From a virus (lineage: Duplodnaviria; Caudoviricetes): 29,129 nucleotides of DNA. A program made the position numbers and the translations under genes. Of the stretch, positions 23,901-29,129 are shown in pieces. Numbering within the stretch: position 1 is the stretch's first letter; every line of letters begins with the position of its first letter. The notes beneath the pieces were generated by a model. The model saw nothing but the letters and a program-made list of their open reading frames with translations. It ran no database searches and was not told where the DNA came from. The stretch is from IMG/VR virus record IMGVR_UViG_3300020161_001148, positions 1 to 29,129 of that record. One strand, given 5' to 3'.

Positions 23901-25425
23901 CAGTAAACACAAGACCCTTTTCTTCTGGCTTGAGTTTAGCGTGAGCGGCAAGAAGACCGCTGAACGACTTAGTCATCTCACGCTCAACCTGTGCTTCAGA
24001 CTTTAGCACCATTTGACCCTTTTCGTTGCGGGTAAACATATGCTCGGCATCCTTGAGCATGATGTGGTAAGGGTTGGCGTTGTCTCTGATGGGGAAACCT
24101 TCAAGGGCATCCTTGTCACGCTTCATTTCACGGACAAGCATACGCATAGCCTTGTCCATTTCTGCAATTACGACACGCTTACCGCTTCCGTCTAGGAAGA
24201 AGCCTTCTGGCTCTCCAGACTTAAACTGGATTCTTCCACCAAGTTGTTCAGTGTCACCAAACATCATGGAGCGAACCAACTTCTTGGCACCATCAAAGAC
24301 GCTTTCCAACGGGCTGTTGCCCTTCAGAAGGTAGTCAATAGGCTTATCTTCGACCCAGCGGTTGAAGTACGCTTCCGCAAACTCTTCAAAAATAGGATAA
24401 AGCGTTTCGGGCTTCTCGCCTCTTCTGACTCTTTCGATGGCATCGTCAAAACTCTTGAGCATGCTTCTCTGAGCACCTTCGCCAGCGGTAGAATCGAGGT
24501 CAAGGTAGGCTCTCTTGAAGTCTTCAAGAACCTTGATTCTGGTTTCTGGTTCAAGTTTGTAAAGGAAGCCGTTCGTATCAGCAGTACCAAGCAGATTCTT
24601 GACAATGTTTTCCTTCATCGACTGACCGTAACGCTGAAGAAGTGCGGCGTGGAAAAGTTCTCCAGTCACCGCAGAGTGAGCGGCATAGTCAGCGTTGATG
24701 ATTGTGACAATCTCACCGTTTTCGGCTCTTCTAGTAGTGAAGCCACCGAACTGAGGGTCTTGCATCAGTTTGCTGTACTCAGCCCATTCGGGAGAGTCGC
24801 CAAGCATAGACCTAATCTGCTCGCTTGTAAGGATAAGGTTTCTACCGTTCTTGTTCAGACGCTCAGTAGCGGCGATGTTAGCCATCGTTCTAAACATCTT
24901 TTCCTGTCCGTAAACCTGTTCGATGTTTTCAAGCAGTCTGTTAACACCAACACGCTTGGCTTCGTCAAAGCCTTCAGCCACATAAGCAAAGTGCTTCTGG
25001 GCATTTTCAATCTGTCTCTGGGTTCGGTTGCCAACGATGCCATAGGCACCGCCAAGCATGTGGAACGAACCAGCAAGACCAATGCCAGTACCGACACCAC
25101 TGTAGAATCCTTCTTCGCCACCCATGGCAAAGCCAAAGGCACCACCATACATCGAGCCGTGGAAGGTAGACTTAACGCCCTGCGTAGCCCAGTCGGTAAG
25201 ACCGTTCATACGCATGGCAATACCGCCAAGAGAACGAACAGCGGGGTCCGTGCTCTGGTAGGCAAGTCTGTCTGCAATGGTCAGATAAGAAGGAGTCTTA
25301 GCGTGGGCAAGAGCCTCGGCGGCAGTCTTGGCGGCAATTTCAGTAACCTTAGAGCCAAGCCAAATGCCAGCAACGGGAGACAGGAAAGGAACCTGTGCAA
25401 AGTATGCACCAGCACCAAGAGCCAT
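14965..25425 (-). CDS. giant cysteine-free internal virion/ejection (polyvalent-type) protein, 3486 aa
   Basis: Gly/Ala hydrophobic N-terminus, degenerate zincin (GELFH...EEFAEAYF) and ART-like segments, no Cys, last of an ejection-protein series. Confidence 0.75.
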   Translation of the reverse strand: MALGAGAYFAQVPFLSPVAGIWLGSKVTEIAAKTAAEALAHAKTPSYLTIADRLAYQSTDPAVRSLGGIAMRMNGLTDWATQGVKSTFHGSMYGGAFGFAMGGEEGFYSGVGTGIGLAGSFHMLGGAYGIVGNRTQRQIENAQKHFAYVAEGFDEAKRVGVNRLLENIEQVYGQEKMFRTMANIAATERLNKNGRNLILTSEQIRSMLGDSPEWAEYSKLMQDPQFGGFTTRRAENGEIVTIINADYAAHSAVTGELFHAALLQRYGQSMKENIVKNLLGTADTNGFLYKLEPETRIKVLEDFKRAYLDLDSTAGEGAQRSMLKSFDDAIERVRRGEKPETLYPIFEEFAEAYFNRWVEDKPIDYLLKGNSPLESVFDGAKKLVRSMMFGDTEQLGGRIQFKSGEPEGFFLDGSGKRVVIAEMDKAMRMLVREMKRDKDALEGFPIRDNANPYHIMLKDAEHMFTRNEKGQMVLKSEAQVEREMTKSFSGLLAAHAKLKPEEKGLVFTEVKASATAPEGSFAPKSKKAKELEAEAKKVENEIKKRQRKLLREAEKQANLSRKEQKALATEREWDIDLDTMRKESEAYGPVEYTIKGYMTDAEVNLFSEFLPASVVKRMAAFNRTIHNKGSDGNNILRFTYKGDTQQGYSYTKEGSPTGVGNERVSGREKTRDIIPYEMNLKFERRKMTKALREEFEIDDPDVVYLVGKPVLVVHGMDMKALDRRVRYAYNHMRRHDSPRSISSATVKQYYESEEEIHHDIKRLLSNYSLGDIAMAGADFFGGGSEGRAKRDIINGIIGARPSRHSPEVMQEKGFHYPSDLQVPFKKNRDGENIGGPLNEGFMVFSSFRVDRVLDQPKHLHGEGFYYNHKHAHPLNKGNFAPSSKALRDHTGRELSPSERVLQDETTFKSPSGEPYRLFASDKVDGVHYAWFDKDRANQNHSTLTEGYMRLRASEVLDLVDSDGIHSLKELDRTFLGKVASMGYKAVAVRTAEGERVVAFTDFQNFRQTDISAIDFITGNFSPKSTRIGDRTRARLGEQEQSSTIIPKGMSLGERTRARTGVPSEPPKTNQLSEEVMGMSRAVSMFGSFGQSMKGRGLSFFDDTKNTGANYLMFQKQVSLMTPEARKIAERTIEQMTVEYDRVVAENQKKMDESFGKSRTAEKAFSEKEKALAAQGLSREEIRKNPERLKLYNEFMALSEAYGKVTQTLPNPKDAVVEIFQEKLSAITAVTQNEIPVTAAADIVVQPQTKVLSPAQQKLVNRSASQKNQLIQESSWWAEVRKENETSRQQFIGHLLKTPEFKGWTEAELYRSMYNSVFGVDAPINITKGGKVSFGVLQSLSPIEYQAYRERGVLPRDIRQRTAADIDMALMENWKRRYALQQSIAKTKADIKATWEQKRKAEAKHNTELDAIRNELVQMLASYKMFDVADEVLGATPSTKTKQVNVLRTTSNPNDFEPARPISKQGTAKSFEISKDNSLRYEMMAGLAQYYLGRPDPIGAMDVFNVGELTNVRKQMTTTGLQDVIETFNKYNLETHAKFRKQQLDDLALYQKKLEKNDEDIKAAETHSKKKDTTEARTFSNELRSKILQLTKAIEGEDPIVNTWKKADLAEKKVHEILQMDYDARIAEIEAMRASEQDPELAQMTEIALERDGVTMPESFKKRVTEERQVTDPESRTTNADESGKYRDAMDEAYKVLQRSIKKDGIKTPLQRFTVLMQSLARTYKKHSNNPAIKQKLASLEKMFKETEQVTDVRLKAAYAKMLDYGFISMNWSGDSKKQVLDATGHYVKLEVPAQKTIDTVDQLKFPKGWQVKKERVVFTTFDGVKVSDRELARALADLRKRFGIEEDVATDADIIEYAKNNDYKGVKMREVERDGKDGKEFDLGLTGEIRTIKRWSEFTSFKDNKFEETDGRIIYIDKKPKYVIAKAIDGKEIKVIPFSEITFDKAKNTYYWSRDKGLNEDTKTQTYRNFNELVSGEIRGPINRITLKDIGELTLGKQQPRYAAYKANGWHIDGKYFKTIEEAKRLATIDAGDFHADEVLFKTAQRLGNDAYTAALAMIQSSTGIKYDEAVKEATEFKQTKKTFEDNPNYNPNLPSGKGFNQRKIPVTVNVTGSKAAAEFKKLAVYRAGNLLLVTSDNRRDVLTRLEPESKVPVKGGRMKNIETIARESQGEFNKGKKAIGDLYRIVTDENGQMAGVEWVTHYDTPKQVTDMLAKMNDADYIDIDTTLNFHARLTKQMKALMSANFVKEKKKIWEVLKRNPERIKKIKERIRELEAGAREELIKRGLKDATPRYLKNESKRLKDLIDETGKEVDKHLFYLTTEGLLKNKEAQDALVGEGKMFETKEDLDMYERDLWDSDMVNEGEYAKLSDTETAPPREVVSRAIEQVVAGHTEMTKNGEILDLIENGTTGSFRDEFDALEREMNWLERQLFAAKGGSDKVLEGLKGITTGGTLLTGRSGGGKVLSKEERRAYEREVARIDKKFPDKEDDVAIGTVEQLMAESLGLQGKEREVKKPRYLPLSEPILDKFGNPTELYAEKEPFVSTEEYMRRFRLLLSDLSETYKKFGDPTALDKLDLKTVLETDASLLPIKSADGPLSREEMIRSMGDNIRTAEEFLEHHTASPEAKDFKVAVDMWSQIEKDYMTALSENRIKHAVIAQLEGTDRVLEANKANKIVEEKYREARAYRLKQIDATHALLPEEMKTVYVKYIKEVQSSLEILRAAELERVNAEIATINETAGEFSFIDPNSKTSALLKRWQEEGMSGDPLKKFAPTSQEAAVFPSVFSEFHPSRADIATASSYTKWESRQTSERVQDSSSQGYRYGAIVGGVTTTNPIISEIIRGEMTRNKFLAMRGVREIDIFGAALARKSQVEGQIAKQGSGMPIAIDQEGYALLRAYFPDMASQLKFDIKAEFGHQEKLAKFGYAKRVRETKKIKELEVEGTFLDRAFDLYLKEISERPEVIEHAIGRISGKERLAELMLPENLREDGKIDFSKLKLEELDFAFHLLAKVNDPKDKRYIPVTELVENPLYRESIIQAFTRNEGKNLQSIFGDDWESAARFLAHNTQGKKTMVDDIIRKIQDDKATRQAEKKKVYEESITEEFKRKQLESTHKKLLEDTKKLFLELAQTDTAIKSFKKQVEGFWNSRPQARDNVLAIDDSLKLLSPNMEYGKAVVGSDGKTLDVPVANPNDALFRTPNGMFHAFKQGSSYKLFFAGYKSADGLVDLKASHIMTAPDLQRLQVGIRMFHDDIKRVELMARSQNQSRVLPAHELASFTGSFLETHANMLSPEIARTLETNLAEIGRYPDVTWLSNPDTGAKRQIVIYPNSQTWNRLHSSGEYIFSKGSWYKDPSVVAAKERLARARFEYEQQGVAPVTGQEAKPSEIVTGTADISRHDQPPKDERAKSIDNKTSFSVVEEGPIYNGKGMEPVMQDWTAVTNNEGFTIIREQNRYQRGWDTKFKVFFPSGVLAGVFENEEDAVARMFDE

Positions 25426-25478
25426 TGAGGACGAACGGATGATAGAGTCCTTGGCGATAATTTTACCGCTAGATGTGG

Positions 25479-26360
25479 TCAGCGTTTCAACGCCAAGAAG
25501 TTCTCCAACCTTTTGACAGGGTACTCAAAAAGCCCCATGCTCTTTTTAGCAAGAACACCAGCACCACCCTCAATAGCAAGAGTAGCCTTTTCGGCAAGGT
25601 TAGCACCCTTGACTGCAACTTTAGCCGCAGAAGAAGTGATAGCATGACCAATTGCGGTTCTTGCGAACATCGAACCAATCTTCAGTTCTGGCATCAGAAT
25701 CGAAGGGTCAAGAATCATCTCAGCACCCGCTACGCCCTTCTCGTTAAAAGACTTAATCTTCCAACCTTCAACATCCCATTCCTTCTTAGGAACCCAATAG
25801 CCATTGTTTTCAATCTCGTCTGTTTCTCTCTGGAAACGAAGAGTCTCTTGGAAATCAGCGTACTGCTGTTCTGGGCTACCCTGTGAAAACAGAGCACGAT
25901 TAATCGGGTTAGAGGGGTCATACTTGATAGTATCAAGCATGTTGACAAAGTATCTGGTACCACGACCCGCACCTTCAACTACGGTGCCAGCAGTCGTAAC
26001 TGGGTTAAGAACATCACCACTAGTAACCATGTCGTAGACACCACCAAAAACAGTGCTAGTCGCATGCTTGGTAGCATCCCAGAGCAAGCCCCAACCATTA
26101 GGGTCAGTAGCCTTTCTGTAAGTCATGTACGCTTGGTGACCTTCAAAGGTAGGCACATAGCCTCGCTTGGCGTAATTAGAGATAAGGTAAGCCTCACGCT
26201 CACCTTTGGTCATGATGTCTTCCTGCGACTCTTCCTGCTTTTGCTTAGCCTCTACCGAAAACGGATTCTTAAGAGGGTCTTTTACTGTATCAAGATACAG
26301 CAAATCCTGCCGAATCTTATCAAGGTTTTCAGCGTTATCGTAGTAGAAAGACTTGTTCAT
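25479..26360 (-). CDS. 293-aa ORF, probably the true N-terminus of the giant protein (-1 frameshift or indel)
   Basis: The giant's frame is open upstream of its ATG through 25511-25514 (AAAA); adding one A fuses the two ORFs. Confidence 0.65.
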   Translation of the reverse strand: MNKSFYYDNAENLDKIRQDLLYLDTVKDPLKNPFSVEAKQKQEESQEDIMTKGEREAYLISNYAKRGYVPTFEGHQAYMTYRKATDPNGWGLLWDATKHATSTVFGGVYDMVTSGDVLNPVTTAGTVVEGAGRGTRYFVNMLDTIKYDPSNPINRALFSQGSPEQQYADFQETLRFQRETDEIENNGYWVPKKEWDVEGWKIKSFNEKGVAGAEMILDPSILMPELKIGSMFARTAIGHAITSSAAKVAVKGANLAEKATLAIEGGAGVLAKKSMGLFEYPVKRLENFLALKR

Positions 26361-28402
26361 CGTCCAAAGTCGGGGTTGTACTTTTTGATAACTGCCTTAT
26401 CGGCATCGGTCAAGCGGTAACCCTGTTGGTGTACGGCAAGAAGTTCAAGAGCCTTGGCCTTGCCCTTATCGGACTTGCCAGAAGTCATCCATCCTCGCTT
26501 ACCATCTGGCTGAACAACCTTATGGGTGTTAAGCAGAGCAATAGCCTTCTGCTCAAGAACGCCCTTAACGGCATCGAATTCAGCAATATTGGCATCGTCA
26601 TTAAACCATGTTTCAAAGGCATCTGGGTCTCTGAAGAGTTGGTCAAGTCTAGACTGGTCTGGCTCGGTAACAACACCGCTACCAAGGATAATCTTTCTAA
26701 TCAGAGGCTGTGCTCTTCTGATAAGACCCTTAATCTGAGCACGGGCAGAACTGGCAGGATTGATTCGCTCAATGAAGTTATGCTTTGTGTACAGTTCCTT
26801 AAGCATATCCATATACTCATTGAATGCATCCATGTTATTGAGCGATTCAGTGAGGTCAGTAACACCCTTATCATCAAACGCAGTAGCACGACCATTGATA
26901 ATAATGTTACCGTATTGACCGTTAAAGTTAAGCATGTTGTCTTTGCCTTGGGCTTCTGTAATCTTCCAAGCGTCAACAGGAGAAGGCATAGATTTTTCAG
27001 CAGTAACATCCTTCCAAGTGTCTCCAATTTTAACGAATGTCTTAACTGCACCAGTAGGTCTGCCGTATTCGTCAACCTGCGGGATAACTCTAGTAACTTC
27101 TGGGACACTAGCCGCAATGTAAGCGGCCTTAGGAAGGGGAGGGGGGAGACCCTTTTCCTTCCATCGAGCGGCAACTTGGTCGTATCGAACAGAAGCCAGC
27201 ACGGCTTCATTGTCGATTGTTTCTTCAATCTGTTCGGTAAGAATCTTCTTTTCAAACTGAAGGGCATTGCCTTCAGACTGTTTCTGAATCTCTCTGTGTC
27301 CTTTGATGATTTTGCCAACTGTAGCCAAGTCTTCGTAGCCAACAGACTCAAGTCGGTCGATTACATAGTCCTGCAATGCGTCCATCTGGCTGGAGGTAAG
27401 ACCAGCCTTGTTTCTTCCACTCCAAGAGTATCCAGAAGTAATGTCTCTACCCTTGTACTCACGAGGTACACCATTGGGGAAAAGTTTAGGATTGTGGTTA
27501 ATTACACGAATGAGTTCCTGCATGTTTTCGGCAGGACTCTTTTCAAAGGTAACCTTACCACCTTCCCCTCTAATTGACTTTCTAGAGCCACCCTTGTCAA
27601 AAATGGCTTCTGGCTCCATTCCAAGAACCTGCTTCCATCTTTCTCTAGAAGCATTAATTTCATTGTTAATGTTAGCCTCGGCAGAAGGTTCTACTGGATG
27701 ACCAATGATGGTAGCCAATTCATCTGCGGGAAGGCTTGAGACATAGGTAAAGACATCCTTGTCAACCACCTTTCCGTTCTCATCCAGACCCATTTCGGAA
27801 TAAGAACTTTCGTCAATCGGACGAACTTCGCCAGTTCTAGGGTCTTTAAAGGTAAGGTTTTTAACGCCAACGCCAGTCGGTTTTTCGGTTGTTCTCTTCT
27901 GAGGAGCAACCGTTTCCATTGATGTTTCGGCAAGGAAGTTTCTAAGGGCTTCGGCTTTGTCGAATTCAGACTGCTTTCTGACTTCTTCGCCAGTAGTAGA
28001 CTTAGTGCTGGCTTTGGCTTGATTGGTCTGAGCCTCTCTAAGGGCAATCTCGCTACGCTTGCCAGCAACACCAAGGTCAATGTCCTGCTGTTTTGAAACG
28101 GCAGAATGCATACCCAAGAACTTAACAATATCAGTGGTCGCCATCTGCTGGATACCACCACTTGTTTTAGCCTTATTAAGGAACTTGTGAATGTAGGCAG
28201 GAGCAGTTTCTCCTTGAGTCGCAAAGTGTTCGCCAAGCCCTTCGGCAGTGGCAATCAGTTGCTCTCGTTCTTTCTTCTGCTGTTCGTAAGCCTCTCTGCG
28301 AGCCTTTAGGTCAGCCGTATGTTGCTGAAATCCCTCAAGGGACTGGGAAACATTAGCCTTCTGCCAAGCAAGCAGATTAGGGTCGATGTACGACTCAGCC
28401 AT
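26357..28402 (-). CDS. internal virion/ejection protein (681 aa)
   Basis: Helical, Cys-free, C-terminal GSGVVTEPD motif; translationally coupled to both neighbours. Confidence 0.65.
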   Translation of the reverse strand: MAESYIDPNLLAWQKANVSQSLEGFQQHTADLKARREAYEQQKKEREQLIATAEGLGEHFATQGETAPAYIHKFLNKAKTSGGIQQMATTDIVKFLGMHSAVSKQQDIDLGVAGKRSEIALREAQTNQAKASTKSTTGEEVRKQSEFDKAEALRNFLAETSMETVAPQKRTTEKPTGVGVKNLTFKDPRTGEVRPIDESSYSEMGLDENGKVVDKDVFTYVSSLPADELATIIGHPVEPSAEANINNEINASRERWKQVLGMEPEAIFDKGGSRKSIRGEGGKVTFEKSPAENMQELIRVINHNPKLFPNGVPREYKGRDITSGYSWSGRNKAGLTSSQMDALQDYVIDRLESVGYEDLATVGKIIKGHREIQKQSEGNALQFEKKILTEQIEETIDNEAVLASVRYDQVAARWKEKGLPPPLPKAAYIAASVPEVTRVIPQVDEYGRPTGAVKTFVKIGDTWKDVTAEKSMPSPVDAWKITEAQGKDNMLNFNGQYGNIIINGRATAFDDKGVTDLTESLNNMDAFNEYMDMLKELYTKHNFIERINPASSARAQIKGLIRRAQPLIRKIILGSGVVTEPDQSRLDQLFRDPDAFETWFNDDANIAEFDAVKGVLEQKAIALLNTHKVVQPDGKRGWMTSGKSDKGKAKALELLAVHQQGYRLTDADKAVIKKYNPDFGR

Positions 28403-29127
28403 TAGCCTCCGAAGCCTCCGAATGCGTAATTAATGCCTTCATCAATCATGCCACCTGCTTCCTTCCACATGCCAGCCTTCCACTGCTGTTTAGCAAGTCG
28501 GTTGGAAATGTCAGCCTTATAGCGAGCCGCATCCTGCGAGAAGCCACGCTCCGATTCGGGATTAAAGATACCAGTATTGTACTGACCAAGAGACTTGCTT
28601 GCATCGCCATACAGCCCAGCAGAGTAGCCCATCTGTTTCTGACCGCTCATCGTAAGGCCAGCAATATTGTCAGCCGCTCCAGCCTCATTGCTGTAGACAT
28701 TTTGAAGCATCTTCTGACCCTGCATCATTCTGTCCTGCGAAAGGCCATAGTTAGCAAGAACATTAGCACCAACGGCCTGTCTGCCGCTAAGACCCTGCTG
28801 ACCGATTTGACGGTTAGCATTCTGGGTAGCCATGAATCGGTCTTGAGGACTCAGTTGACCAGAAGCATATTGCATGCCTTGATTGTACATCTGGTCCTGT
28901 GCGGAACGCATCAAAGGGGTCATGTACGCATTACGAGCCGCACCTTGCAGTCGATTCATCATGCCAAGTTGAGCACCGCCAAAGTCTTCCTGCATGCCAA
29001 TGCTCTGGTTCTTTGTCTGCTGAAGCATGCCCAGATAACCAGCATTGCCATTGCCTCCAAACAACTGACCGCCTAGCGTGGACTCGTTGAGTCCCTGCCA
29101 TTGCGGTCTCCACTTGGCTTCGGCATC
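28402..29127 (-). CDS. Gly/Gln/Ala-rich ejection (pilot-like) protein, 5' truncated by window edge
   Basis: Frame is open to the window end (...DAEAKWRPQWQGLNESTLGGQLFGG...); low-complexity G/Q/A/M, ends FGGFGG. Confidence 0.65.
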   Translation of the reverse strand, partial: DAEAKWRPQWQGLNESTLGGQLFGGNGNAGYLGMLQQTKNQSIGMQEDFGGAQLGMMNRLQGAARNAYMTPLMRSAQDQMYNQGMQYASGQLSPQDRFMATQNANRQIGQQGLSGRQAVGANVLANYGLSQDRMMQGQKMLQNVYSNEAGAADNIAGLTMSGQKQMGYSAGLYGDASKSLGQYNTGIFNPESERGFSQDAARYKADISNRLAKQQWKAGMWKEAGGMIDEGINYAFGGFGG

Positions 29128-29129
29128 AA

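Larger units (their letters stand above)
1..29129. mobile_element. Fragment of a tailed dsDNA phage genome (podovirus-like; early, replication, lysis and ejection modules)
   Basis: Dense, mostly overlapping ORFs in strand blocks; RusA, ERF, DnaC-like, initiator, holin and giant internal virion-type proteins; no host housekeeping genes, and no integrase within the window. Confidence 0.95.

Noticed and set aside
14965-25425. Giant protein as an N4-type or crAss-type virion RNA polymerase
   Set aside because: Size and lack of Cys fit, but I found no Rx3Kx7YG motif B and no convincing DFDxD context; DIDLD (23692-23706) follows a coiled coil. Typical host-type -10 promoters are present. Only a structure search could exclude it fully
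25533-25552. T-AAA-AAG or C-TTT-TT as the slippery site linking the two ORFs
   Set aside because: A -1 shift there meets TGA (GCT TTT TGA) almost immediately
14815-27577. Many long + strand ORFs (e.g. 18478-19509, 22606-23598, 24244-25428, 26426-27577) opposite the late genes
   Set aside because: Antisense shadows in register with the real genes, caused by codon bias; Leu/Ser/Phe-rich with no motifs
1-29129. CRISPR array, DGR, integrase/att site, intron or intein
   Set aside because: No regularly spaced repeats, reverse transcriptase, recombinase or splicing motifs seen by eye

Overview
A 29-kb piece of a tailed dsDNA phage, probably podovirus-like, with a diderm host (inferred from a lipoprotein spanin candidate). 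It has three blocks. (1) About 1-5.9 kb, leftward early/accessory region: DUF932, GP88-like and many hypothetical genes in three transcription units. Each unit is headed by the same 32-bp promoter motif (CCRTTGC-N14-TGGTATWATTA). Two units share a covarying 5' leader hairpin at identical spacing, and both units whose ends lie in the window finish in an unannotated transmembrane micropeptide. (2) 6.4-12.6 kb, rightward replication/recombination block: RusA, RecE/ExoVIII-like nuclease, HTH initiator with internal iterons, DnaC-like loader, secreted lysozyme-like protein, ERF, tRNA-Arg(TCT) and a metallophosphoesterase. (3) 12.66-29.1 kb, leftward late block: cysteine-free ejection/internal virion proteins, including a 3486-aa giant (about 3800 aa if joined to the upstream ORF by a -1 shift or indel repair), then a holin, an orphan Cys-free protein and a one-piece spanin-like lipoprotein. 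All calls come from reading motifs by eye; no searches were run.
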